64,000 nt of DNA from Candidatus Acidiferrales bacterium (GTDB lineage Bacteria > Acidobacteriota > Terriglobia > Acidiferrales > UBA7541): positions 726-64,725 of the forward strand of contig JBOGNA010000110.1 of NCBI GenBank assembly GCA_050746925.1, written 5' to 3'. Shown piece by piece: positions 38,873 to 48,313 of this stretch; within the stretch, counting starts at the first letter, position 1, and each line of letters begins with the position of its first letter. The notes under the pieces are model-generated. The model was not told the DNA's origin. It saw nothing but the letters and a program-made list of their open reading frames with translations, and made no database searches. A program made the translations under genes and the position numbers.

Positions 38873-39808
38873 ATGACCGCAAATAATATCAATACGCTGG
38901 GAAGCAAAGCTCATCGCATCCGGGTGGGACTGGCCGGCTGGTCGTACGACGATTGGAACGGAATCGTGTATCCCACGCCGCACCCGCGCGATTTCCACGA
39001 AGTGACATTTCTGGCGCAGTATTTCGACACGATCGAAATCAATACCTCGTTCTATCAGCCGCTGAAGCCCCAACTGGCCGTGCAATGGATCGGCCGCGTG
39101 GCAGAAAATCCCCGTTTCCTTTTCACCGCCAAGCTCTGGCAGAAATTCACGCACGAACCAAGCGCCACGGCGGACGACGAAAAGCTGGTCCGCGCCGGAT
39201 TCGATCCGCTGCGCGAAGCCGGCAAACTCGGCGCCGTTCTGTTGCAATTTCCCTTTTCCTTCCACCACACGCCCGAGACGCTCGCGCGCCTGAAACACCT
39301 GCTCGATATCTTTCGCGACTATCCGCTTGTCGTCGAAGTCCGGCACTCGTCCTGGGATCATCCCAGCTTCTACGAACTTCTCCACGAGCGCGGCGTGGGC
39401 TTTTGCAACATCGACCAGCCCGTCATCGGCCGGTCAATGAAGCCGACCGAGCGCGCCACTTCTCCCCTCGGCTACTTCCGCTTGCACGGGCGGCGCTACG
39501 ACACCTGGTTCACCGACGACCCGACGGTGCCAAGCCACGAGCGCTACAACTACCTCTACACCGAAGAAGAGCTTGGGCCCTGGGCACATCGGGTCGAGCA
39601 CGTCGCGAAGCACGCCGAGAACACATTCGTCGTCGCGAATAATCACTACGTCGGCAAAGCGGTGGTCAACGCGCTGCAGCTTATTCGCCTGCTGAGCGGA
39701 AAGAAAGTGAACGTGCCGGAGCCGCTGCGCCAGCACTATCCCCAATTGGAATCGATTGCCAGCGCGCCTGCAAAGGAACCCCTGCTGTTCCCTCTCCCGC
39801 CGCCCTAG
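38873..39808 (+). CDS. DUF72 domain-containing protein
   Basis: It contains GLAGWSYDDWNGIVYP...FDTIEINTSFY...VEVRHSSW, typical of DUF72. A TTGACA-17/18-TACGCT promoter-like pair lies at 38818-38847. Confidence 0.85.
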   Translation: MTANNINTLGSKAHRIRVGLAGWSYDDWNGIVYPTPHPRDFHEVTFLAQYFDTIEINTSFYQPLKPQLAVQWIGRVAENPRFLFTAKLWQKFTHEPSATADDEKLVRAGFDPLREAGKLGAVLLQFPFSFHHTPETLARLKHLLDIFRDYPLVVEVRHSSWDHPSFYELLHERGVGFCNIDQPVIGRSMKPTERATSPLGYFRLHGRRYDTWFTDDPTVPSHERYNYLYTEEELGPWAHRVEHVAKHAENTFVVANNHYVGKAVVNALQLIRLLSGKKVNVPEPLRQHYPQLESIASAPAKEPLLFPLPPP

Positions 39809-39956
39809 TTCAAGCCCGGTTCAGGCGCAGTTCAAAAGTAGTCCACGAGTGGTCCAGGCGTAATCCGGCCTCGCGAAAAAGCGTTCACGCGAGCGAACGC
39901 GCATACCTGTGGCATTGTCCAGTTTTGTTCGAGCTAGCGCCGTGGGGTGCCGAAAG

Positions 39957-40427
39957 CTACTTCTTGAAGAGGTCTTCGAAGGCTTTGCGCGCGTCGTTGG
40001 GACGTCCTGCAGCCGGCGCGGCCGGAGTATTCGTCGCGTACGTTACCGGCGAGGTGTCCTTTTCAACCGTCATCCGAAATTCGAAGAAGGTGCAATCGTT
40101 CTTGGCAAGCTTGTTGGCGATTCGCTCCGGAATCGGCTGGGTGCATTCAAACTGCGCTCCCGTATCGAAGTGCACGCACTGCTTGCAGGAATGCATCGCG
40201 GCGTGGCATTTCGGACATTCGCCGTTCTGATCGAATCCCGGCGCTAATACGGCGCCACAACTCGAACAGCGCGCGCGCATGACCGTTCCGACCATCCGCG
40301 GCGTACGCGGCCCCAGCATATCTTGCTTGGGTCGCGGCTGCTGCTCGGGCGGACGCTCGCTGCGTTCCCGCTTTTTTTCCTTGGCATCGGAGTCGCTATA
40401 ACCCCTCTGCCTATACTTCCGCTCCAT
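39957..40427 (-). CDS. Hypothetical zinc-ribbon protein
   Basis: GGGAGGA lies upstream of ATG 40427. Cys pairs are CSSCG...CPKCH...CKQC. The N-terminus is basic and low-complexity. Confidence 0.55.
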   Translation of the reverse strand: MERKYRQRGYSDSDAKEKKRERSERPPEQQPRPKQDMLGPRTPRMVGTVMRARCSSCGAVLAPGFDQNGECPKCHAAMHSCKQCVHFDTGAQFECTQPIPERIANKLAKNDCTFFEFRMTVEKDTSPVTYATNTPAAPAAGRPNDARKAFEDLFKK

Positions 40428-40645
40428 GAAGGTCCTCCCGGGGGGATGTCTCATCATACCCCCAATCCCCTTGTGTAAAGGGGCTTTTGCGTGTGGCGTG
40501 TGGAATGGTAATGAAGCAGAGATGCGTTCGTGCCGCCCTGCGCTTCATCGATATGGCCCCAAAACCTCCGCGCGGCGGACTGAAACCACTTCGCGCGGAA
40601 CGAAAAATGCAAAACTCCGTTCGCCGAAATCGGCATCGAAATCGG

Positions 40646-42148
40646 CTAGGAAGCGCTCCCTGCTTGCTGGTTCGCCCAAAACTTTGCGAGTCCTTCCAGC
40701 GGCAGATCCGGCTGAAGCAGAGCCGTTGGCCGCCCGAATCCCGCCAGCACCGCCTCCGCCGCCAGATAACCGCTCCGTACGGCTCCTTCCATCGTGGAGG
40801 GCCAGCCGGTTTGGGTCCAGTCACCGGCGAGGTAGAAATTCGCCGACGGCGTTTCCTGGCCGGGACGCCAGCGGTCCACACCGGGCTCGGGCGAAAATGT
40901 CGCGTTCACTTCCTTGATCACTGTCGCTTTCAGTACTTTCGCTTCGCGCGTTGCCGGCAGCACGTCCGCCATCTCGCGGCGGCACAGCTCGATGATTTCA
41001 AGGCGCGAGCGCGGAACCAGATCGTAGGAAGCGCTGATCACCAGCTGCAAATATTGGCCTTCTCGCGCGCCGGGCTCAGACCGAAGCACGCCCGCGGCCG
41101 AAACTCCATCCGTATGCTCCCTTGGACGCGCGCTTCGTCCGTTCGTTTCGTTCCACGCTGAAAGCTGCGTCTTGTTGAAAATCCACTGTGTCGTGTGATC
41201 GAGCAGCGTCAGAAACGGCTCCGTCATCACGGCGCGATCGAACCAGAAATGCGCGCTCGTAATCGGCGACGTCTTGATATGCTGCAATCCTTCGAGCAGC
41301 GCGCCGGGCTCCGAAGCTTCCTTGGGCACGAGACTGAGCAGCGCGTCATGCGTTACCGCCGCGATGCACGCATCCGCTGCAAGTTCGGAACCGTCTTCCA
41401 GGACGGCGCTCGCAAATCCGCCGTCACCGAAACGGAGTTGGCGAACGCCGCAGCGCACCCGCACTTCCCCGCCGCGCTTCACAATCTCCTCGCGACAGCC
41501 CTCATACAAATCCGCCAGCGGTACCGACGGAATACCGACCCGATACCCTTTCGCGTTACTCAGAAATGCTTTCCAAAAAACCTCGATGCCGTAGCGCGCG
41601 TCCGTGCGCGCCAGCTCTTCATCCAGCGCACTCACCAGCACCACGCGCCAGAATCGCTCGATCGCACCCGGCGTTTGCCGCATCGAGTGCAGCCAGGCCA
41701 GCATCGACGCGCCCTCCGCCCGCGGGGGACTTCCCGCCGAGCGCGCGATTGCGAGCATCGCTTCGGCGATCGATCGCTTATCGGCCAGCGTAAACGCGTC
41801 GAACAACAGGAACGACGGCGCCATGTGCAGCGGCGGCGGCAGCGGCGACGCTTGAATCTCCGACCGCCGGCCGGCGCCATCGACGAAATACAGCCGGTCG
41901 TAGAACCGAATCTTTCCGCTCGCGCCCACACGCCGGTAAAAATCGGCCAGATTCGTGCAGCAACCCAGCGTCACGTGCTGGCAATTGTCCACTTCGCTGC
42001 CGTCCGGCAGCGTGTACGACGTGGCGCGCCCTCCGAGGTGAGGACGCTTCTCGATAAGTTGAACGCGAAAGCCTGCTTCAGCCAGCGCGATGGCGGAGGA
42101 CAGGCCCGCCAGGCCGCCGCCGATTACCAGGACGCTTTGCGAGGGCAT
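40646..42148 (-). CDS. hpnE: Hydroxysqualene dehydroxylase (FAD-dependent, amine-oxidase fold)
   Basis: It has the Rossmann motif VLVIGGGLAGLSSAIALAEAG directly after ATG 42148 and the C-terminal LAGDWT motif. It is adjacent to hpnC/D. Confidence 0.85.
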   Translation of the reverse strand: MPSQSVLVIGGGLAGLSSAIALAEAGFRVQLIEKRPHLGGRATSYTLPDGSEVDNCQHVTLGCCTNLADFYRRVGASGKIRFYDRLYFVDGAGRRSEIQASPLPPPLHMAPSFLLFDAFTLADKRSIAEAMLAIARSAGSPPRAEGASMLAWLHSMRQTPGAIERFWRVVLVSALDEELARTDARYGIEVFWKAFLSNAKGYRVGIPSVPLADLYEGCREEIVKRGGEVRVRCGVRQLRFGDGGFASAVLEDGSELAADACIAAVTHDALLSLVPKEASEPGALLEGLQHIKTSPITSAHFWFDRAVMTEPFLTLLDHTTQWIFNKTQLSAWNETNGRSARPREHTDGVSAAGVLRSEPGAREGQYLQLVISASYDLVPRSRLEIIELCRREMADVLPATREAKVLKATVIKEVNATFSPEPGVDRWRPGQETPSANFYLAGDWTQTGWPSTMEGAVRSGYLAAEAVLAGFGRPTALLQPDLPLEGLAKFWANQQAGSAS

Positions 42149-44024
42149 CACCCTTCCACCAGCTCGTCTTGCCAACGGCCAGACTTGCCGTGAGGAGATA
42201 TTGAACTTTTTCGGCGCTCGACAGGGAGACGCGCGAAGTGAAGACGTCGAAGTTACGCTCTTCCATCCGTGCGAGTAGCGTGCTGTAAGTGCGCACGAGC
42301 GCCCACAAAGTGGCGCGGCTATCGGCGTCGATCTGCCCGATGAGCGCGACGCCTTCTTCGTAGAATCGCCAGGCGCGGTCGGCTTCAAATTCGAGAAGGG
42401 CCTGCAGGCGCTCGGTAAGCGGACCTGCAAGTTCCTGCGCCACGCAGCCAAACCGGCTGAGATCCTCTTGCGGCAGATAGACGCGGCCCATATCGGCATC
42501 GGCGCGCACGTCGCGAATGATATTCGTCAACTGAAATGCGAGGCCCAAGCGTTCCGCGAGATCGGGATCGCGCGGGTCTTTGAATCCGAACACGTGCAAG
42601 CACGTGAGGCCAACGGTTCCCGCGACGCGATAACAATACTCGGAGAGTTGGTCGAACGTCGCGTAGGAAGCGACCGTGAGATCCATCTCAGCGCCGAGAA
42701 TCAAATCGTGGAAGTAGCGCGTGGGGATATTGAATCGCGCAATCGCATCGGCCAGTCCGGGCAGAATCGCGTGGCCGCTTGTCTCGCCTGCGATCGCTTG
42801 GTCGAGCATGCCGCGCCAGCGCGCGAGGCCTCGTCGCTTGGCTTCGAGATCGCCCGGCTCGTCCGAGACGTCGTCGATCAAGCGCATGAAAGCGTACAGA
42901 GCGAACAACGCGTTGCGCTTGTCGCGCGGCAAGCCAAAAAACGCGAGGTAGAAGCTGCTGCGCGCGCCGCGCGCGATCCGATTGCATTCGGCGTACGATT
43001 CGCGGGCCGGCAGCGCGTCCGAAGCAGCGGATGCGCCCACGGGCATGGCAGCGGCTGCGATGGATTCCGTGTTGTGCGACGAGGGCTTGCGCGAAATCGA
43101 GCCTTCCTTGCGTTTTCTTGAAACTGCTCGAACCGCGAGCGCGCGCGTCAGCATGCGAATCTGCGTCCACTTCGTGAGCGCAGGCCGGTGTTCGAGCGTG
43201 TTGTAGCCTGCCGCTTCGATGGCATCGAGAATCGCCAGGCCGCCGCGGCTGAACATCTCGAGATCGACGCTGAGTGCCCGATCCACCTGCCCGACGAGCG
43301 GCATTCCCAGCGCAAACAGCTCCCGGGTGCGCGCGATCAAGTCTTTCATCAATTCGACGTATCGCGGACTGAACTTCCGGGCCACGATATCTTCTTCCGT
43401 CAGTCCATGGGCAGCGAGCGCGTCGAGCGGAATGTAGATGCGGCCCTTCTCAAGGTCACGCGAGACGTCTTGCCAGAAATTGGCCAGCTGCAAGGCCGTG
43501 CAGGTGAAGTCGGAAAGCTTCTGCCGTCCGGCATCGCGATAATCGCAAAGATAGAGAACGAGGCGGCCTACCGGGTTCGCCGAATAGACGCAATAGTCGA
43601 GCACGTCGTCCCAGGTGGCGTAGCGCTGGACCCTCTGATCTTGACGAAACGCGCGCAGGAGATTGCTGAATGGCTCGATCGGGATATTCTTCGCGCGTAT
43701 CGTCTCGCGCAACGCGATCAGCACGGGGTGCGAAGGGTTGCGGTCCGCCCGATAGCAGAGACGAAGTTCGTCTTCCCAGGCATCGAGCAATTCAAGCGCC
43801 CGGGTGCGATCGGGAATTTCGTCACCGAGATCGTCCGACCAGCGGCAGTAAGCGTACAAATTATAGAAATGCTGGTGCAGGCGGCGAGGAAGTAGCCACG
43901 AAACGACGTTGAAATTCTCGTAGTGGTGCGTCGCCAGCCAGCGCGTGTAGCGCTGGGCGGCTTCGGCGCTCGATCCTTCCGCAGGAAGATTGCGCGCGAT
44001 TTCCAATTCAGGTGTGTTGAGCAT
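42078..44024 (-). CDS. hpnCD: Fused squalene-synthase-like HpnC (N-terminal) and presqualene diphosphate synthase HpnD (C-terminal)
   Basis: One uninterrupted ORF holds two complete SQS/PSY domains. Each has both Asp-rich motifs: WSDDLGDE and WQDVSRD in the first, LIDDVSDE and IIRDVRAD in the second. Confidence 0.85.
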   Translation of the reverse strand: MLNTPELEIARNLPAEGSSAEAAQRYTRWLATHHYENFNVVSWLLPRRLHQHFYNLYAYCRWSDDLGDEIPDRTRALELLDAWEDELRLCYRADRNPSHPVLIALRETIRAKNIPIEPFSNLLRAFRQDQRVQRYATWDDVLDYCVYSANPVGRLVLYLCDYRDAGRQKLSDFTCTALQLANFWQDVSRDLEKGRIYIPLDALAAHGLTEEDIVARKFSPRYVELMKDLIARTRELFALGMPLVGQVDRALSVDLEMFSRGGLAILDAIEAAGYNTLEHRPALTKWTQIRMLTRALAVRAVSRKRKEGSISRKPSSHNTESIAAAAMPVGASAASDALPARESYAECNRIARGARSSFYLAFFGLPRDKRNALFALYAFMRLIDDVSDEPGDLEAKRRGLARWRGMLDQAIAGETSGHAILPGLADAIARFNIPTRYFHDLILGAEMDLTVASYATFDQLSEYCYRVAGTVGLTCLHVFGFKDPRDPDLAERLGLAFQLTNIIRDVRADADMGRVYLPQEDLSRFGCVAQELAGPLTERLQALLEFEADRAWRFYEEGVALIGQIDADSRATLWALVRTYSTLLARMEERNFDVFTSRVSLSSAEKVQYLLTASLAVGKTSWWKGDALAKRPGNRRRPGGPVLRHRAG

Positions 44025-44189
44025 GAAGGCCTGACGCGGCCGAGGAGCGTGCCTTTCTACTTCCGTACTTCTACCGTTTTCCAGCCTCCCGCAATCGCAA
44101 AACTGTCGCGGGATGCGTTGCACGGAACCAACTGAGCTTCGCCGGAATAAAGCGCCGAACGTAGCGCCTAAAATTATCCCGGCCCGAGA

Positions 44190-45227
44190 CTATCCCGGAA
44201 TGACGGCGGTCTTCAGCTGCCCGTTTCGATTCTTCATGTGCTCGAAAACGGCCGGCAACTCCGCCAGCGGTACTTCGCCGGTGATGAAGTCGCTGGCGCG
44301 AACTTCCCCGCGCGCAATCGTCTCAAGCGCTTCGCGCATGAATTGCGGCGTGTGGTGAAAAGTCGATTTGATGGTGATCTCCGAGTAGTGAAGCGCGGCG
44401 GGATCGAACTCCACGTGCGCGCCGCGGGGACATCCTCCGAAGAGATTGACGGTGCCGCCCTTGCGAGCCATTTGCACAGCCCACTGCCAGGTGGCCGCCG
44501 TGCCGACCGCTTCAATCACTGCGTCGGAACCGCGGCCGCCCTCGCTCAATTCGCGAACGAGCTTCACCGGGTTCTCGATCTCGGAAATATCGAACGCGGC
44601 GATTGCGCCCAGGCGTTCCGCGGCGCGAATCTGGGATTTTCTCTTGCCCAGCGCGATCACTCGGACGCCGCGCGCGGAAAGCACGCGCACGAATTTCAAT
44701 CCGATCGGCCCGCAGCCAATGACAACGGCCGTATCGCCCGGCTGAATGCCGGTTTCATGAATGCCGCGCAGCACGCAAGCGAGCGGTTCCGCCATCGCAG
44801 CGTCCACGAACGAAACGCCGTCAGGAATTTCGAGCATGTTCTGCCGGACGATTCTGCCGGGAATGCGGATGTATTCGGCGTACGCGCCATTGTTGAAGAG
44901 CAGATCCTCACAAAGATTCGGCTGGCCTTTGCGGCAGTAGAAGCAAGCGTTGCAGGGCGCTGAATTCGCGGGCAGGACGCGCATGCCCTTGTGCACGCCG
45001 CCATTCACCGAACGTCCCTGTTCTTCGATCACGCCGGCAAGCTCATGTCCGAAAAGCGCCGGCGGCTTGATCATGCGCGCGTGAAATCCCTGCTTCCAGA
45101 CTTTCAAATCGGTGCCGCAGGTCAGGGCTACTTCGACGCGCACCAGTACTTCGTCGTCGCCGAGCCGCGGAATATCGACTCGCTCGATTTTCAGGTCTTC
45201 GCGGCCATACAGCACCGCCGCATTCAT
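44190..45227 (-). CDS. Zn-dependent alcohol/polyol dehydrogenase (MDR family)
   Basis: The catalytic Zn ligands are CGTD and GHE, the structural Zn site is CNACFYCRKGQPNLC, and the NAD fold is VIGCGPIG. Confidence 0.85.
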   Translation of the reverse strand: MNAAVLYGREDLKIERVDIPRLGDDEVLVRVEVALTCGTDLKVWKQGFHARMIKPPALFGHELAGVIEEQGRSVNGGVHKGMRVLPANSAPCNACFYCRKGQPNLCEDLLFNNGAYAEYIRIPGRIVRQNMLEIPDGVSFVDAAMAEPLACVLRGIHETGIQPGDTAVVIGCGPIGLKFVRVLSARGVRVIALGKRKSQIRAAERLGAIAAFDISEIENPVKLVRELSEGGRGSDAVIEAVGTAATWQWAVQMARKGGTVNLFGGCPRGAHVEFDPAALHYSEITIKSTFHHTPQFMREALETIARGEVRASDFITGEVPLAELPAVFEHMKNRNGQLKTAVIPG

Positions 45228-45247
45228 GTGACCGTTCTTTTCGCGTC

Positions 45248-46354
45248 TCATTCGTGCACGATGACCACTTTTAAAGTATTATCCGCCGGCTTGGCCGCCA
45301 AAGCCAATGCATCGGCGATTCGCTCGAGCGGAAACCGGTCGGAGATCATCTCCCGTATCGGCAAACGCCGCTCGAACACCAGCGCCGCGGACTCTTCCTG
45401 ATCTTCCGCCGACGCGCTGTAACTTCCCAGAATCTCTTTTTCTTCCACGCCAACGGCCGCCGCCGGAAAGTCCAGCTGCGTCACCGGGTCGTTATGAGCA
45501 AACAGTAGCACGCGTCCACCCGGCCGCGCGATAGCCAAGGCTTCGGGGACTAATGACGGGTTAGGCACGGCGAGCAGGACGGCGTCGGCGCCCCGGCCGG
45601 AGGTGTGGCGGCGCATCTCGTCAGAGAGTCTTACGCTGGCCGGATCGAAGGATTCGGCGGCACCAAAGCGAACGCTGGCGGCGCGACGTCCCGCCATCGG
45701 GTCGCTCGTGAAAACTTCCGCACCTTCGCACTTCGCGAGCAGCATCAGCAGCATTCCAATGGGTCCCTGGCCGATGACGAGAACGGTTTCGCCCGGCGCG
45801 ACGCGCGCCTTGCGTACGGCTTTCAGGCAGGTGTTCACGGGTTCGACGAAGGTGGCGTCTTCAAACGTGACATCGGGAGGCAGCGCGATCATTCCGCGCT
45901 CGACCACCCACGGCATGGCGCGAACGTATTCGGCGAAGCCGCCGCCGTTGGGATCGAAGCCGGCGGTGAGACCGGTCTTTTTGTAGCCGGCGCATTGCGA
46001 GAAGAGTTTGCGTTCGCAGTAGAAGCACGCGCCGCACGGAACGTGGTGAAAACTCATGATCCGGTCGCCGGCCCTAAATTTTTTCACGCCGGCGCCGACT
46101 TTCACGACGGTGCCAGCGAGCTCGTGGCCGAGGATTTGCGGCGGCGTTACGTAGCCGTGCTGGATTTTCTTGATGTCGGTGCCACATATACCGCAGGCGG
46201 CGACGCGGAACAGGACTTCGCCTTCGGCGATTTCGGGCACGGGTACCATCTCGACGACGACGCGGCCCTTGCCGCGATAGACGCCGGCGCGCATCTGGCC
46301 TACCGGGCCAATTGGCCTGTCGCCTACGCGGATTGAGGTGGTCGTCTGGCTCAT
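45248..46354 (-). CDS. Zn-dependent alcohol/polyol dehydrogenase (MDR family)
   Basis: It has CGICGTDIKK, GHELAG, CGACFYCERKLFSQC and VIGQGPIG. ATG 46354 was chosen. Confidence 0.85.
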   Translation of the reverse strand: MSQTTTSIRVGDRPIGPVGQMRAGVYRGKGRVVVEMVPVPEIAEGEVLFRVAACGICGTDIKKIQHGYVTPPQILGHELAGTVVKVGAGVKKFRAGDRIMSFHHVPCGACFYCERKLFSQCAGYKKTGLTAGFDPNGGGFAEYVRAMPWVVERGMIALPPDVTFEDATFVEPVNTCLKAVRKARVAPGETVLVIGQGPIGMLLMLLAKCEGAEVFTSDPMAGRRAASVRFGAAESFDPASVRLSDEMRRHTSGRGADAVLLAVPNPSLVPEALAIARPGGRVLLFAHNDPVTQLDFPAAAVGVEEKEILGSYSASAEDQEESAALVFERRLPIREMISDRFPLERIADALALAAKPADNTLKVVIVHE

Positions 46355-46365
46355 CTTCGATTTAA

Positions 46366-46478
46366 CAAATCGCAATCTATTTGCGATTAGAAATTTTTAT
46401 GGCCCTTAGTTTCAGCTACTTAACTCGATTTCTAATCCCGTATTTGCGATTAGAAATTGGCCTGGTCTAATCGCGAAG
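46366..46478. repeat. Dispersed hairpin repeat, copy 3
   Basis: It reads CAAATCGCAATCTATTTGCGATTAGAAA...CAGCTACTTAACTCGATTTCTAATC-CCGTATTTGC-GATTAGAAAT. It lies between hpnG and the first dehydrogenase gene. Confidence 0.7.
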
Positions 46479-46512
46479 ATTGTCTCTCGCGCCGCCGCTT
46501 TGCCTAAGCTCC

Positions 46513-47274
46513 TCATACGGCCAGCGCCGCCGATTTCGCGTTCTCGATTTGCGGCGGCGCGGCGAGCGAGCGAACGAAAGAGTCGAGAAATGCCGCCAAG
46601 TTAGATGCGGCTCGCTCGCTATCGTGCGCCAAGCGCATCAGGCCGCCGAGCTGCGCGGGCCGGGAAACCAATTGGGCGATTACTTTGGGAATACTCACCG
46701 CTCCCCGCTCGTTGAAAATTCGATCGAAATCGAGAGGTAGCGTGGAATCCGCCGTGTCGCTGATCGCTCGAATCGCAATCGCGGGAATGCTTCGCTTGGC
46801 GCTGGCCGCGAGAATCCAAAGGCCTTCCAAGTCGACGGCGTCCGCCGACGCGCCCAGATCTTGTTTCTCCGCGGCGGTTCCGACGACGCGATCCGAAGTC
46901 AGAAATCGTTCGACTCGGTTCGCACCGAGAGCCACAGCGTTCCCAAGCAAGTCTGGGTCACTGTACTGAAGCCTCGCACCCCCGGCGTCCCCTACGCTTC
47001 GAGCGGCGAGCACCTTGCCGAGCGAATGCTCAGGACGCAACCCGCCGGCGAGACCGGAGGCGATGCAAACCTCGGGAAGCTCATCAAACGCGATCTCGGC
47101 CGCTCGCTGGGCCGCAAAGCGCCCGGCGCCCGTGAGGAAGACCCGAACGTCCACGTCGTCGATCTTGGTGCGGTAGGAATGGTCCCACTGATCCGAGGCG
47201 ATCTTGCTGAAGCCTCGCAACTTCCGCCAGGGGGCGAATTCATTTTCGAGCGCGAATGTGACCAATACCTTCAA
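46513..47274 (-). CDS. hpnG: Hopanoid-associated phosphorylase/nucleosidase (PNP_UDP_1 fold)
   Basis: The nucleosidase-like motifs are ASGLAGGL, DLEG and IRAISD. TTG 47274 is preceded by GGGAG, right after the hpnA stop. The call rests partly on context. Confidence 0.75.
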   Translation of the reverse strand: MKVLVTFALENEFAPWRKLRGFSKIASDQWDHSYRTKIDDVDVRVFLTGAGRFAAQRAAEIAFDELPEVCIASGLAGGLRPEHSLGKVLAARSVGDAGGARLQYSDPDLLGNAVALGANRVERFLTSDRVVGTAAEKQDLGASADAVDLEGLWILAASAKRSIPAIAIRAISDTADSTLPLDFDRIFNERGAVSIPKVIAQLVSRPAQLGGLMRLAHDSERAASNLAAFLDSFVRSLAAPPQIENAKSAALAV

Positions 47275-47284
47275 ATGCTGCTCC

Positions 47285-48313
47285 CTAGGCTGCGGCGGCG
47301 CGTGAGAAAGGCGCCGTGGCGGCTTTTCCGCGAATGTAGCCGTGCGATTCGTACCAGCGGACGGCGCGCTGAAGAGCCGTCTCGACCGGGGTCGGCTTGA
47401 AGCCGAGTTCTCTCGCGGCTTTATCGCTCTCGACGAACATGCGGTGGCGCGACATCTTGACGCCTTCGACCGGAATCTGAGGCTCGCGGCCGCGAAGGCG
47501 CGAGAAGAATTCATCGGCGTAGCCGGCAGCGAGCGCGACGGCGTGGGGCAGTCGAACGCGCGGCGCCGGACGTCCGGTGATGGCGGAAAGCACATTCAGG
47601 ATCTGTTTCAGGGTCATGTTACGCGCGCCCAGGATATAGCGTTCGCCGACGCGTCCCTTATCGGCTGCGAGCAGGTGCCCAGCGGCGACGTCTTCCACCG
47701 CAACGACGTTCAACCCTGTATCTACGTAGGCGGGCATCTTCCCGTTCAGGAAATCGAGAATAATTCGACCCGTCGGCGTGGGTTTCCAATCGCCCGGACC
47801 GACGGGAGCAGTGGGATTGACGATGACAACCGGAACGCCCTTCGCGGCTGCTTCGAGGGCCACCTTTTCGGCGAGGAACTTCGAGCGCTTGTAATGGCCG
47901 ATCATTTCAACCAGCTCGGATTCGGTGTCTTCATTGGGAAGAGCGCCGTGGCGCGGCACGGCAATCGTGGCAACCGTGCTGGTATAGACGATGCGCTCGA
48001 CTCCCGCGCGCTGCGCCGCATCGAGCAGCCGACGGGTGCCCTCGACGTTGCTTTCGTAGATTTCTTCGGGATGCCGGGTCCAAAGCCGGTAATCGGCGGC
48101 GACATGGAAGACGCGCCGGACGCCGCGCATGGCGCGGTCGATCGAAGCGGCGTCGCGCAAATCACCTTCGGCGCGCTCGACCGGCAAATCGGCGAGAATC
48201 TCCGCATTGCTCGTCTTTCGAGAGAAGGTACGGACAGCATGGCCTTGAGCGACAAGCTGCCGGGCTACGTGGCTCCCTACGAAGCCCGTCGCCCCGGTAA
48301 CAAGAGTGGTCAT
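47285..48313 (-). CDS. hpnA: Hopanoid-associated NAD-dependent sugar epimerase/dehydratase
   Basis: It contains VTGATGFVGSHVARQL...FHVAADYRLW, as in HpnA. There is a 4-nt overlap with hpnH. Confidence 0.85.
   Translation of the reverse strand: MTTLVTGATGFVGSHVARQLVAQGHAVRTFSRKTSNAEILADLPVERAEGDLRDAASIDRAMRGVRRVFHVAADYRLWTRHPEEIYESNVEGTRRLLDAAQRAGVERIVYTSTVATIAVPRHGALPNEDTESELVEMIGHYKRSKFLAEKVALEAAAKGVPVVIVNPTAPVGPGDWKPTPTGRIILDFLNGKMPAYVDTGLNVVAVEDVAAGHLLAADKGRVGERYILGARNMTLKQILNVLSAITGRPAPRVRLPHAVALAAGYADEFFSRLRGREPQIPVEGVKMSRHRMFVESDKAARELGFKPTPVETALQRAVRWYESHGYIRGKAATAPFSRAAAA

Noticed and set aside
46513-47595. Upstream-extended ORF versions of real genes
   Set aside because: The extensions are Arg/Pro/Ser-rich, overlap the neighbouring gene, and precede internal starts that have Shine-Dalgarno motifs and canonical N-termini. 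This applies to 46513-47595, 1953-3428, 27536-28540, 40646-42499, 58424-59431, 10215-11255, 11320-12369, 20731-21786 and 33187-33849.
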